NCBI GenBank assembly: GCA_012295275.1
Contig: CM022670.1
Span: 32,860,001-32,924,000, forward strand
Origin: Chrysomallon squamiferum
Lineage: Eukaryota > Animalia > Mollusca
DNA: 64,000 nucleotides
Reading direction: 5' to 3'
Shown here: piece by piece, positions 26,920 to 39,919 of the stretch
How the letters are laid out: every line of letters starts with the position of its first letter
How positions within the stretch are numbered: position 1 is the stretch's first letter
Made by a program: the position numbers and the translations under genes
The notes under the pieces: model-generated
The model's database searches: none
The model's input: only the letters and a program-made list of their open reading frames with translations
What the model was told of the DNA's origin: nothing

Positions 26920-29900
26920 ATGAACAGAAAAATGAAGACTCGAGGTTATAAAGTATCCAGAAGCAGACATGTTGGTAAATGTGAGGTTGTCAGAGAGGTG
27001 TCCACTCAAACCATGCTGAATATGAGAGAGCTTGATAAAATGATGCTGTTGTTTTTACATCCTAGATCAGAAGCTTGTACACAGACTGAAGAAGGTGAAA
27101 TAGGAGAAGTACCAGTATTTGATGCAAATCTTAAGGAAAACAATGAGAACAGGCATGATGATTATTATTCAGAAAAAAGACAGATAAGTTCAGAAAAATG
27201 TGATGAATCTCAGAATATCAAAAATGATAATGCTGAGTATGATAGTGATATTAATACTAGTGTGTGTAATGAAAATTTAAAGAACCCTGCTAAAAGTCCC
27301 CTAACAACACCTCGCTCTAGTAAACGATTGGCAATTAAAAAGAATTTTGCATGTTCACCGACATCTAAGAGCCATAGTCATCTAAAAAGGATTAATACAG
27401 GAAATGAAATTAGTCAGGTGGACAAGGAAGATGGAACAGGTAACTGTGTTCATGATTATGATGGCAGAAATAAAAAAAAATTGAGCAATAATACTTTCAG
27501 TTCAGTTAATGTGAAAATAGAGGCTGGTATCAAATTAGAACCTGGACTACATGATGTAGAAATGGAACAGTCTGAACAAAATAAGTCATTTGTTCAAAAT
27601 AACATGGAATGTAAAACCAGTGACAACCATACATGCAGCAGTTGTCAAAAAACTTTCCTTGATATGGCTGATCTTGAGACCCATGCATGTTCCAGTTCTA
27701 ACAATCAGAAAAATAAAAAATATGTATGTCGAAACTGTTCCAGAATGTTTCATAGTGCATATGAGTTAGCAAAGCACAGCAGACAACATGCAAAAGAAAG
27801 GCCATACAGTTGTGAGGACTGTGGCCAGACTTTCAGATGGAAAGCTAGCTATCTGGCCCATCGTCAGCGAGTGCATAAAGATTTGACTTCAAAATCATCA
27901 TCAGTTAAGAAACAGAGAATGAAGACTGTGAAAGGTGCTGGAGAAAAACGTAAAGGAAAAATTCCCAAAGAGAAGAAAGCTTATGAATGTGAATGTTGTG
28001 GCAAAGTACTGAGGTGTCTGGCACATTTAACTCGACACAATTTGATTCACACAGGGAAACGACCTTTCAAGTGCAGTCAGTGTCCTAGAGCCTTTTCTGA
28101 ACGATCAGGTCTTAAGGTTTGTAACTTGTTAATGAAATGTAATACAACAATTGAACACTAATAGTCTATATAATTAAACTGTTCTTTCCTTTATCAGTGT
28201 AGATATAATATATTTTTAAAATGTTACTTCTACCTCATCACACCTATATTACAGTCAGTTAATAAATACAAACATCATTTATGTGGTTTTTTTAATTGAG
28301 GCTAAACTATCAGCATAATTCATGCTTTTATGTTCAGGTCGAAATTATTTTAGGCAATTTTCTGAAATGGCACTTATATCTATTTTGAAGTCTTATTAAC
28401 TAAGATTAAGCAAAACAAATATTTTAATATTTTGTTTCCTTTTATCAAAAATCTTAATATTGTGAAACACTATTTGTATAATTAAAATAATCCCGAAACC
28501 GTTACTATTTCACAAATTTATACATCTGCAATTTTTTGTTTAATATCAGCATTACAATTTAGTACAATTATACTCTTGTGTCAGTAGTAGTTAGGTGATT
28601 TTAACGCTACGGTTAATTTATTTTGGAAACAGTAATAATAATAATAAGAATTTTCAGTCTCAGTCTTCCAGATAAAATATAGTTAACAATAGTGACTGGA
28701 CAAATTAATTTAAAATATTTTTACAGTTAGTTAAAACCAAACTCAGATAATTACATTTCTAGTGATAAAATCCTTTTTATAAACAATTGTCAGTGATTTT
28801 TGCTTTTTTGGTTTTTTAAATCTCAGTATAGCTGTGAATCTGTGCTAAGTTTTCAATTTGAATTTCAGAATCACATTCTTCGAAAACATTCTGAAAAGAA
28901 ACATGCTTGTGAGCTTTGTGGAAAACAGTTTGGTAGTCATGTGTTTTTGAAGCAGCACAGTAAGGTGCACACAAAACAACGTGAAGAATTTGTGTGTAAG
29001 CTTTGTGATAAGATTTACACAACAACTATTGCTCTTGAAATACACATGCGAGCACATGCAGGTGTGAAGCCATTTGTGTGCGAAATCTGTGGTAAAAGAC
29101 TTTATTCAAAATATCAGCTAAACCGGCACACAAAACATCACAACAGTGAGCAGAACCCACCACAAAAGAAATCAAATAAACCAAAATCATATGTCTGTAA
29201 TGTGTGTAGCAAAGCATTTGGATCATCATCTCATTTACAGCGACACATCTCCACAGTGCATTCCAGTATGAAAGACAGACACTGTCCAACTTGCAACATG
29301 CTGTGTTCATCAGTGGGAGCCTTGAAGAAACACATGAAAGAACACAATGAAGGACCATACCAATGTCAGGTTTGTGATCGTTGGTGGCTCACAAAAGAAA
29401 CCTTCAAGTCTCATATGCAGCTTCATTTTGGTAGAACAAGCTCTAAGGTTTTTGTGTGTGTTCATTGCAACATTGGATTCTTTTACATGTTAGAGCTAGA
29501 TGACCACTACAAAAGTCATGCAGAGAACAAGCCCTTTAGGTGTAGTCACTGCGAGAAACAGTTTGAGAATGAAGCTGATTTAGTGGTCCATCGTAATGTT
29601 CATCCCAATCAGAATGTCCCTCTGAACTGTAATAGATGTGATAAGCTGTTTGCTACCTTGCAGGAATTAAATGCACATGAACATGGTCATGACAACCCTT
29701 TGGAATGTGTTGTGTGTAAGTTAAAGTTTCCTAGTGAAGAAGAAGCTAAGGTACACATGCAGCATCACAGTGATGATGGGTCAATCCTCTCAATCACAAC
29801 CCTTACTTACAAATGTCCCAACTGTGGAAAGGTTTTTACAGGCAGAAATGACTATGATAGACATGCTTTGGTCCACAAAGGTGCACAGTTTATTTGCTCT

Positions 29901-30287
29901 CTGTGTGATTTTGCTTTTGAAAGTGCAGCTATTCTTCAGGATCATCTCAGCATCCATACAGTTATCAAGGTAGAAGAAGAATGTGATATTTTGAATCGTG
30001 CTGTCAAAATAGCTGAACAGAAGCTGACCACACAGATTCAGGTAAGTGAACAAGTAGATAATGTTTTACATCTGGAAGCATCTGCAGCTGCAGAGTCAGT
30101 GGAAACTGTGATACAGTATGAAACAGCAAATCAAGATGACTTTGCCTTGTGCCAGACTGTGGACTTAGATGGAGGTCAGGACTACATCCCCTGCACTGTG
30201 TGTGGCAAGAAGTTTGCTCTCATAGAGGAATTTCTCACACACTGTCAACAGCATCCTGAGATTGAAGTGACTGTTAAGACAATTTAA
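26920..30287 (+). CDS. Multi-C2H2 zinc-finger protein, ~871 aa, about 18 fingers (a few degenerate)
   Basis: Exon 26920-28116 (donor AAG|gtttgt) joins exon 28869-30287 (acceptor tttcag|AAT), completing a finger: CSQCPRAFSERSGLK/NHILRKH. Linkers HTGKRPF and HAGVKPF. An acceptor ttttaacag just before the ATG implies an upstream non-coding exon (candidate donor near 26289). Confidence 0.9.
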
Positions 30288-30598
30288 TACATTTCTCTGT
30301 TGTGTGTTTAGGAGTTGGTATTTAACTTTTAAATTTTTCTTCTTTTGTTTTCAAGAAAATCTTTTTTTTGTTTTTTTGAAGTTATATTATTACACAGCAG
30401 TTTATGCAGACATTATTTTATATTTAAAGTTCTGTTTTGTTATTGAAATTATTCAGAAAGCTGATACATACATAAATATTTTTTTTTTTTGTGTGGATTA
30501 TATCCAAGTGCATGTTGTATTATTCAGCTTGCAAAATACCTATAATGTGCAATCATAGCATTATAAAAATATGCATTATATAATTTGTATGCTTGTAT

Positions 30599-30600
<2 letters not shown>

Positions 30601-30654
<54 letters not shown>
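30601..30654. repeat. (CA)n microsatellite
   Basis: Direct reading. Confidence 0.95.
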
Positions 30655-30661
<7 letters not shown>

Positions 30662-32096
30662 CAAAGGAAATTTCATAATTAATTAAGGAAAAAAAAATTA
30701 CTTGCCACAGCAATTATCAATTATATCACATGGAACAGTGGTATCAAGCATCCTCATTAATATATTATATGGAATGTCCAAATGACACTAACTTGTGACT
30801 AAGTTACTTAGTAAGTAACAGTTTGTTTACTGTTTCTGATTTCATTAATGCTTATGAACAGGGGTAGATTAAATGACTGGCAGCACTCATACATCATTGA
30901 AAAATAAAAAAATAAAAACATGTTTTTGTCTTAAATAAAAAGAAGTGTTTATTATAAAAAGTGAAAAGAGTAAAATAAAAATAATTAATTATATCATTAA
31001 GACTGTTTCACCACTCTTACACAGACACTCAGATTTACTGACCATAAGAAAACACTTTTTTAGTGAAGCTCTCTAGGTATTAATTTGTAAATGTAATTAG
31101 TTAAATTAATTTTTTAATTTAATTTTTCCAGCTGTAGTTCTGATTATAATTAGGGAAAAATATCACTATTTTCACACTACCAACTTATTTGCTAGAACCC
31201 AAAACAGTTCATATTTTTATCTTTCATTTAAACAAAATAACAACAACAAAACCACCACACAAACATTGAACATACTTAAGCAAATGTGCAAATTATCTGG
31301 TTTTTTTGTTAGTGATATATGTACTTTATCACTCAACAAATTTTTTTTGAAATTACACTGTTATAATATTATTTTGAACATTTCATTTTATTTATTTATT
31401 TACATTTTTTTTGTTTTTTTGTTATGATTCTAATATTCTAATGTTTTATTGAAACATGTGACATTTTACATTTTAATAATAAAAACTTGGAAAAAGAAAA
31501 CTGTCTCTCAGTTTATATATTTATAAGCATGATACATAACCAACCAACCGTTTCACAATAAGTGTGAAAATGGAGATTAAGAACTAATCATTTCACAGCT
31601 TTGTTAAAATAAGTAAACAAGAACATTTTTAAAAATCCACTTTATATAGCACAGTATTTATCTCAAAATTTATATTAAAGGGTTTTTACATTAATTATAT
31701 GAATAAAATTAAATACTCCACTAAATATAATTTTTCTTAGTCTGCATGCCAGTAAGTTAATTTTGATGTGCTGTAATGTAGTTTCATAAAAATAATAATA
31801 AAAAAAAAAAAAAAATGACATTTATATATATATTTTTTTTTAATACAAATCTGTTCCTAGTTAAATTTTTTATTTATTTATTTTTTTTTTATTGTTATCT
31901 CCTGTATAATTAAATTATTTTACTGTTATTTTTTCAATTTGGTTGTCAGTTCTTGTTTGAAGTGTCAAATTTTTGAATACAGTTTAACATGTTCAAACTT
32001 TAATTGTTGTTTTGAAAATTGTGTTGAATGAAATGAGAAAATAAAAATGTTATTTTTTCTTCATTGTTTGGGCATTTACTTAGAAATCTATGAAAT

Positions 32097-32131
<35 letters not shown>

Positions 32132-32982
32132 TTTTATTTTATTTTATTTTATTTTATTTTATTTTATTTTGTTTTGTTTCATTTTATTTCATCATTAACA
32201 TTATTTATTTATTTATTTAGCATTAAAATGAAATCTAAAAAGCTGTCTTTTAAAATAATTTATAGATAATTTAAAAATTACCAATTTACCTTCATATGAC
32301 TAGGATTTGCACATCCAAACACATTTCTTCCGAAAAGAAAATAGATGCCTAAAAAAATATACCAGTGCTAGGAAAATACTTTTTGTATAAAAAATAAAGC
32401 TTAAAGTGAAACATCTCAAAACCAAAGTGTCAGGAACAGCAAAAAAATTTGATTTTCGTTCACGTACGTTTTAGTTTTAAAAGACCGGGATTGTGGAAAT
32501 CATGCTACTTGGCGAAATTTCAGTTTAGTGAGGTCCAGGTTTTAAATTTTGTTGTATTTAAATGACATAAACAAATATAATTTTCAAGAAATGTGTAATC
32601 ATAAATGCATATATGCATGCACACACATAAGCATTTCTTATCTCTGTTGAGTAAGATGCTTAAAAAAAGAGAAAATAATAGTAATTAAAAAAGGAAAATA
32701 TGTCGATGCACTATAATTATATTTCCTGGATATTTAAAATTATTTTTAAAAAATAAAATAAAATAAATAAAACATTCTTAAATTTTAAAACCGCATTTTC
32801 TCCAAACCAAATTTAAGTAGGTTACATACTTGGATACATAATGACTTTTTTTCTGATGTTTTCTCTCATTTATTTACTAATTTATTTATTTGTAAATGGT
32901 ACAAACTGTTGTATAAACTATTATTAGTTCGGTGTCGTGCGAAGGTTTAAAAAGTCAAAGCAAACGTCATAATGGTTTATTA

Positions 32983-32990
32983 TGACGTAA
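32983..32990 (+). promoter_or_regulatory. CRE-like site TGACGTAA upstream of LRRC71 copy 1
   Basis: ~220 bp upstream of ATG 33205; a second half-site ACGTCA at 32964-32969. The same motif occurs upstream of all four paralogs. Confidence 0.5.
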
Positions 32991-33204
32991 TTAACATGAC
33001 TACAGGTAATTTGGTAGTTCGTCGGGTTCTTTTTATCTGCACCAAACAGTAACTTGTCGAAATTTATTTTTATCATTAACATGTTAATCCGTTTGGGGAT
33101 TTTTTATTACGTTCATTATTTTTAAAACAAAACAAAGCAATAAAAATTAACCGCTGCTTAATTACGTTTCCAACCATCTACAAGGAAACGTGCCTGTTGT
33201 CGTA

Positions 33205-34821
33205 ATGGTGAAAAAACACGAAAAAGGTCATCATAAAGATCGTCATGGCGCATCAAATTTTCAGGACAGCCCCGACGGGGTGTTTGTATGTACAGGAAAC
33301 TTCCAGCTGGATTATAATGAACTTTGTCGGAGAAACGAGATTGCCATGATTCCTCCAATCGTGCAAAGAGCTAGGCGACCCAGTGAGATAAAGGTGGAAA
33401 AGGTGAAAGAAAAGAGCAAACATACCTCCGTGAACCCCATTTCTGAGATGGATTCTAAAGATGCTGATATGGAACCAGAACCTAAAACTTTCGTAGTTAA
33501 AGAATCATCAGAATATTTTAAGCCGACTATTCAAGTTCATACGGATCACGCAGAAAAGTACGACTCAGTGTCTGAAATATATATTAGAGGCTGGAAGATT
33601 GATACTACAATGATGAACATATTCAAACAGTGCTGGCCCGCTCTGTCAAAGCTACATACAGTAAATTTATGGCACGTAGGTCTCACAGGGGATACTCTTA
33701 TCATTTTATCAGAATTTCTCCCGGATTGTCCGCATCTTAAATATTTAACTCTAGACGGGAACTGGGTGAAAGAGGAAAACTGGTATTTACTGATTGAAGA
33801 AAACAGCCGAATTCAATCACTTTCCCTTAGGTATTGTTTTATTTCAGACAAAGGAGCAGAAGGTATCGGACGATCCCTCGGAACACTTAAACGAGTAAAT
33901 ACTAGCCTCATTTCGCTTAATCTTTCTGGAAACAGAATCACGGACATCGGTTGCGAATACATTGCCAGAGGCCTTCGACTGAATCGGACTTTACTAGCTC
34001 TGTCTTTGGCGAATAATCAGATAGGAAACAAAGGCTGCTTCAAGTTTGCAGAAGTTTTATCTCGCTTCCCACTTACGCACGACGAAGTGGTTGAACGGAG
34101 AAAGTCTACGTTGGAAAGATTAATGCCAGTAAAACCAAAATTCGCTCAAATTGTTCATCATCGTGTGGTGAAACAGGCAACGCCACCAGGTGTTGAAAAA
34201 GTTAAAACCAAACTGTCTCCGAAACATAAAAAGGAAAAGGCCAAAGAGATCCATGACGACGAAAAGAAAGCAGGAACTCGGAAAGAGGAAAAATTGATGG
34301 GGAAAAAAGAGGCACGAAAGGCAAAAGAACGCAGTTTCTTGACCTTGGTAGCTTCTGTTTCGAAGACCTTAAAATCATCTTCATCAATTTCAATAAATAA
34401 CGAAGTATCCAAAACATCGACACCTACAAAAGAAAAGAAAAGGGCACCATCACCGGAGTCAGTCATTGATCTGACGCCTACATTGAAAGTACTGGATTCA
34501 GCAAAACCCATAGACGGTCAATTATGGGTGCCTGGAAACACCGTTCTGATGAGTCTCAATATGTCAAGAAACCATATATCTCTAGTTGGCGTGCAAGCTT
34601 TCATAAAAGCCTTGCAGAATCAGGCGATGCGATTAGACATTGAAAATTCAGAAACAAATACAGGGTTAGTAAGACTTAATCTTCAAAGAAATCAAGTTTC
34701 TACAGATCATTATTTAATGAAATTGCTCGACAGAATGCTGGCACCAAAAGAACCATTTAAAAAACCTGATGTGGAATTTTCGAAAAGAAAAGGTTCATCT
34801 GATACACTGAAAATTAAGTGA
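33205..34821 (+). CDS. LRRC71: Leucine-rich repeat-containing protein 71-like, copy 1, intronless CDS
   Basis: First ATG at 33205. LRRC71 signature blocks CTGNFQLDYNELCRR, YFKPTIQV, EIYIRGWKID, LTHDEVVERR, LWVPGNTVLMSLNMSRN; RI-like LRRs (LISLNLSGNRITDIG). Confidence 0.85.
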   Translation: MVKKHEKGHHKDRHGASNFQDSPDGVFVCTGNFQLDYNELCRRNEIAMIPPIVQRARRPSEIKVEKVKEKSKHTSVNPISEMDSKDADMEPEPKTFVVKESSEYFKPTIQVHTDHAEKYDSVSEIYIRGWKIDTTMMNIFKQCWPALSKLHTVNLWHVGLTGDTLIILSEFLPDCPHLKYLTLDGNWVKEENWYLLIEENSRIQSLSLRYCFISDKGAEGIGRSLGTLKRVNTSLISLNLSGNRITDIGCEYIARGLRLNRTLLALSLANNQIGNKGCFKFAEVLSRFPLTHDEVVERRKSTLERLMPVKPKFAQIVHHRVVKQATPPGVEKVKTKLSPKHKKEKAKEIHDDEKKAGTRKEEKLMGKKEARKAKERSFLTLVASVSKTLKSSSSISINNEVSKTSTPTKEKKRAPSPESVIDLTPTLKVLDSAKPIDGQLWVPGNTVLMSLNMSRNHISLVGVQAFIKALQNQAMRLDIENSETNTGLVRLNLQRNQVSTDHYLMKLLDRMLAPKEPFKKPDVEFSKRKGSSDTLKIK

Positions 34822-35314
34822 AAAAACGTTATGTTCCTTTCAGTTTTAATTTTTTTTTTTTTTAAATTATAAATTTACTGTTAAATAGAAATGAACAAGA
34901 TTCATTATTATTTAAATAAAAGAAAAGAAAAGAAAAACAAACTAAAATATTAAACTAAAAAAAAAAAAAGAGTTAAAGCAGAAGTAAGAATTAAAAACAA
35001 ATAAATTAAATAATTAATAGCGAAAGAAAAAAAAATATAAAAATAATGTATTTCAAATTTATAAATAAAAATCTACATGTGTTTATCTTTATTTTATTAT
35101 TATTATTTTTAAAAATTTCTATTACATTATTTTTAAAATCATATATTTTATACTAGATTCAAAACATTTTTATTCTATGGTAATTTGGCGTAGTCCATGA
35201 GGTTAAAGGCCATATTGATTACCGGAGATAATAAAATATACACAAGATTTTCTAAATCATTCGTAGTGGTTTTGTAGGAACAGGCGAAACATAGCTGTTT
35301 AACATGTATGCATG

Positions 35315-35387
<73 letters not shown>

Positions 35388-35397
35388 AAGTATATGT

Positions 35398-36155
35398 AGG
35401 GGAGAGCGGATGCTATTTTTTAAAATGGTAGGAAGATTGAAGTATCGGGCCACATCGGAGAGAAATGGGACAGTAGTTGCGGACATTTGGGACATCCATG
35501 AAATTGCCATTATTCCTACTTCAAATAAAAGTGAGATACAACAAACAAACATTTTTTTTGAAGAGTCTGATAATAATCTTTCAGTCATATCTCTGGGCGT
35601 AACCACTATTCAGCATATGGAAGTCATTGTCTCTGATGGCACAAGATCTGCATCGGTTTATCTTTTGAAATTTCTTGGCATAAAGACTGTTAATTTCTAC
35701 AGTGGGAAAGAATATTACATGTTGGGACGGAGAAGTGAGACATTATAGCGTGAAATGGAGCATAATGTAACATAAGCAGTGGACACAGCACATAGTGGGT
35801 CACGCAGTGGTATGTTGTCTAACACTTTCTTACTTCTACATATGCAGGGATATATCCGAGGCAGGAGAAAACGTGCATTAAACATCATATAACTTAGGTA
35901 TGTAGGCAGCATTAGAGATTTAGCATTACGTTTGTAAAAACCTTTTTGGAGCAAGAATTAACTTTATGTCCCTATACTAACAGAATGGCTTGTAGCGTTT
36001 TCCCCAGGAAAATAACAGAAAGCAAAAGGACTTAGCGGATCGAAAAAAAAAAAAAAAAAAATAAAAAGTAATAAAAAATAAAATAAAAACAAAGATAAAA
36101 AAAGAAAAAGAAAGAAGATAGATGGAGGGCGTCCTAGTTCACCCCACTCTCCATT
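35398..36155. mobile_element. Possible decayed non-autonomous DNA transposon (MITE-like)
   Basis: Complex ~750 bp segment between TA/TG-rich microsatellites with imperfect inverted ends (taggggagagcgga ... ccccactctccatta). No transposase recognised. Confidence 0.3.
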
Positions 36156-36899
36156 ATGTATGTATGTATGTATTTACGTACGTACGTACGTATGTATGTA
36201 TATATGAATTAAAGAACGCACTGGCACAGGAAATTCTTTTATTCCTTAAACAAATTAATCATTTAACTTAAAATTGACCATTGTAATGTTTATTACAGCG
36301 TGCTTTTGTCCTTTGTCTATATATTTATTATTTTGTTATTATTTAAAAAAAAAAACTATGTGCAGAAGCGTTCAGACATGTTTAAAATTACATTTTATAG
36401 AGCAAGACATTACATCTCTAAATCTATTTAAAACTATTTCAAAAACTATTTAGAAAGTATCCTTTCTAAAAAAAGATCTATAAAATATTGTGACATTTAA
36501 TACCAATATCCTTCTAGAAACCAGTACATTTCAAAAATCTATTTAAAAGTATTTTAAACTCTATTTAGGAGATACCCTTTCTCAATGTCTGTAAAAAACA
36601 TAACATTTCAAAGAAAATTAATTTTTTTTCGTAAAACATGACATATCCTATTTAATAACGTTTTAAAACATTTCCGTACTTTATATTGAATTAATTCCTA
36701 AATCCTTTGGATAAGCGTATTATTCCGAAAATCGTGTAGACACTAAATTGTCTTTAAGACTTGTTTTTTTTCTGTAAGCTATGACGGGTCGTGCTGTTAG
36801 TGGATTTTTCATATTAGTCTGAAAATTAAAATATTGCTCCTTCATGATTTTACCAACGTCAACGTTGCGGCGATTGTAAATTATTGGGAAAATTATTTT

Positions 36900-37920
36900 A
36901 TCTTTCTCTTTATATTTGCCCGAGTCAACATTTATTCCAATTGGTCTTAGGGTTTGTAACGTGCGAGTCGAAAACGCTTCTCAGTCTAAAAATGTCAGTT
37001 TCAGTTTTGGATTCGAGAATGGGGGTTTGTTCTATTGGGATTTTTTTAAAATGATCCTCCAGTATATGACCAGGTAGGTTAAAGTGTTTGGCGACAGGAA
37101 TGTCAACTTCATGCCTAATATCGTATTTGTGACAAGCAGTTGTAACTCGTAACATATTTTTTGTTTGGCCGACGTACTGTTTTTTTTTTTTTTTTTTACC
37201 CAAATTGCACAACATTTTTGAATCACAGTTTAGGTTAGTCCGGATTTGATGTTCAGTTTTTATTTGTTCGCTACTCAGCCTAGACTGAGATTTTATTGTC
37301 GTGGAGCCTGCATCTGGTCTTTTTGCAGGTCGCTGTAGATCCGGTACCCAAGTGAGGTGGATGTAGGGTTTTATATACTTTGAATGTGTCTGTTGGATCC
37401 AAGAATTTTTCTAATTCTATGACGTTTTCAGATTTAATTTTTCTTAAAACTCGTTTTGAATAATCTCTCGATTTCAGAGCACAAAACAAAACTGAATTAT
37501 TAATTTTTTTTCTTTGTTACTCGAATTTCTGTGGAACCTAATGACTTCAGGTTTAACAATGCCTTTAAATGTATGATTTATAATTCAGCAGTTGTTGATA
37601 ATGCAGTGGGTTTAAAAAATACTTTATAATCTCAATAATTAGATTTTTCAAATTGTATACTTTTGTAAATTGTTACATCCAAACAATCCACCGTTTGATC
37701 TGATATTGTGGCTTTAAGTTTAATATTATCATTTTGTTGATTTAATAATTAAAACAAATTTGCAAAATTCATCTTCAGAATGTTGCCAAATATTATGAAT
37801 GTCATCAAAATATCTGAGATATAAAAATGGCTTCTTGATTGCTTTGTTTAATGCCGCTTCTTCCCATTCTGCGATATAAATGGAAGCAAAAGTTGGGCTG
37901 AAACGCTTGCCCATGGCGCA
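36900..37920 (-). mobile_element. Degenerate 5'-truncated Penelope-like retroelement (RT C-terminus + GIY-YIG endonuclease)
   Basis: Frameshifted fragments in Penelope order: CAMGKRFSPTFASIYIAEWEE...YLRYFDDIHNIW (RT motifs B' and C), NIKLKATISDQTVDCLDVTIYK, FCALKSRDYSKRVL, KQYVGQTKNMLRV...HKYDIR...PVAKHFNLPGH (GIY-YIG). Confidence 0.85.
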
Positions 37921-37951
37921 TGACGTCATGTTTATTTAATTTCTGACGTAA
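37921..37951 (+). promoter_or_regulatory. Perfect CRE TGACGTCA (37921-37928) plus TGACGTAA (37944-37951) upstream of LRRC71 copy 2
   Basis: About 230-255 bp upstream of ATG 38176. Confidence 0.5.
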
Positions 37952-38175
37952 AAAGCTAAAAGGATAATCATAGACGTTATCTTTTTGTTTGTTGAGCGGT
38001 GTAAAATTACGAAAAAGGGTAAATAAGTAAAATTTTTGACTAAATTTTCTTCATTAAAGTTATATTCCTTTTCTAACAATAGAAGATTTCGGAACAGAAA
38101 CACCATCTCCCCCTTGCGTACTTTCAAACTGAATTAAATACAAAAATAAATATTAACATACACACCCTGGTGATA

Positions 38176-39747
38176 ATGGTTAAGAAACATGAAAAACAAA
38201 ATGCAGAGGAAGGAAGACACTACCGACCAACTTATTCTTGCACTGGCCGCTTTCATACTGATTTTACAGAGCTTTGCCGCAGAAACGACATAGTTGCTAT
38301 TCCTCAGGTCATCCAGAGAGCAATCCCACCTTGTGAATGCAGGGCAGAGAAGTTTAAAGAAAAGACCAAACGCGGACCTAACGAAGCAGACGATGAACGC
38401 ACATCTCCACAACCTAAAACGTACGTTGTGAAAGAATCATTTGAATATTTCAAGCCAACAGTTCAAGTTAAAATGGACAATCCCGACAAACAAGACACTG
38501 TTACGGAAATATACATCAGAGGTTGGAAAATTGATAACACAATGATGAGTATTTTTAAGCAATGTTGGCCAGTTCTTTCAAGATTGCACACAATAAATTT
38601 GTGGCATGCTGGTCTTTCAGGCGAGGGAGTCACAACCTTAGCGACATTTCTTCCGCAGTGTACAAATATACGATCTCTTGTACTGGATGGCAATTGGTTA
38701 AAAGAAGAAAATTGGTTTGAACTGATTGGACCAAAAAGTCTTGTGCAACACTTGTCGCTAAGGAACTGTTTTATTACCGATAAGGGAGCTCAGGGTATTG
38801 GTCGAGCTCTGGGAACTATGAGGCGAATTAACACCAAACTCTTAACACTAAACCTAACTGGAAATAGAATCACGGATGTCGGCTGCGTGGATATAGCAAT
38901 TGGGCTTCGTATGAATAGAACCTTACTGACTCTGTCTCTAGCAAGTAATCAGATAGGAGATCGCGGGTGTTGTAAACTTGCTGAATCACTGTCTAATTTT
39001 CCCCTTACTCACGAGGAGATTGTTGAAAGGCGGAAGGAAATATTTAGCCGAACAAACCCAGGAACGGTCAAACCTCCTAACTCGGTTCGAAAGACTGTCA
39101 GCAAACAATCTTTGGAAAAAGTTAAAAAGGACAGGAGTCTCTCAAGGATCAGGAAAGATTCCACGAAGAACGTTAATGAAGAAGATCTAAAACTTTCTCC
39201 GCGAAAGGAAAGCAGGCTTTCAGCAAGAAAGGAATCACGAAAGGAGATTTTTGTTTTACCGGTGACGGGTAAAGGATCTAAAATTGCCAAATCTTCCTCT
39301 TCAATTTCAATAGGCAGTGAATCTATCAGGACTTCAGCTTCAAGGGACAGTAATTCAACAGAATTGTCGGATACCATGAAAGTGATGGAAGCGGTATCGC
39401 AGCAAAACGGCGAATTGTGGATTAATGGGAACAGAGTTTTGCTTAGTCTGAACCTGTCAAGAAATCGGATAACTGTTCTGGGTTTACAAGCCTTGGTAAA
39501 AGCTGTGCAGTACCAAACTGCATCTTTAGAGGCTGACAACAAGAAGAAGAAGAACAACATGGGATTGTTAAGGCTCCTTGTATATAAAAATTATTTTCAC
39601 TCTGATAGCCATCTCATGAGTAAACTGGAAACCCTGATGAAGCTGAAAGATCCTATATACAAAGCACCCAAGAAAGAGGTTGAGATTCACAATGGAGAAA
39701 TTTCAGGCAGTAAAAAAATGTCAGTTGTATCCGTGAAACGAAACTGA
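38176..39747 (+). CDS. LRRC71: LRRC71-like, copy 2, intronless CDS
   Basis: ATG 38176 (MVKKHEK, same start as copy 1); CTGRFHTDFTELCRR, YFKPTVQV, EIYIRGWKIDNTMM, LTHEEIVERR, LWINGNRVLLSLNLSRN. Confidence 0.85.
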   Translation: MVKKHEKQNAEEGRHYRPTYSCTGRFHTDFTELCRRNDIVAIPQVIQRAIPPCECRAEKFKEKTKRGPNEADDERTSPQPKTYVVKESFEYFKPTVQVKMDNPDKQDTVTEIYIRGWKIDNTMMSIFKQCWPVLSRLHTINLWHAGLSGEGVTTLATFLPQCTNIRSLVLDGNWLKEENWFELIGPKSLVQHLSLRNCFITDKGAQGIGRALGTMRRINTKLLTLNLTGNRITDVGCVDIAIGLRMNRTLLTLSLASNQIGDRGCCKLAESLSNFPLTHEEIVERRKEIFSRTNPGTVKPPNSVRKTVSKQSLEKVKKDRSLSRIRKDSTKNVNEEDLKLSPRKESRLSARKESRKEIFVLPVTGKGSKIAKSSSSISIGSESIRTSASRDSNSTELSDTMKVMEAVSQQNGELWINGNRVLLSLNLSRNRITVLGLQALVKAVQYQTASLEADNKKKKNNMGLLRLLVYKNYFHSDSHLMSKLETLMKLKDPIYKAPKKEVEIHNGEISGSKKMSVVSVKRN

Positions 39748-39862
39748 CAGCTTGTATTTTTAAATGAAGATGGACCATTATTTATTATTGTTTTATACTG
39801 AGTTAAAAGTGAATATTTTTGATGAGACAGGAATATTCAGCTGTGCTGACATTATTATTATG

Positions 39863-39919
<57 letters not shown>

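Noticed and set aside
36200-36900. Hammerhead ribozyme or pseudo-LTR expected beside a Penelope element
   Set aside because: No CTGA(T/A)GA...GAAA core found by eye on either strand.
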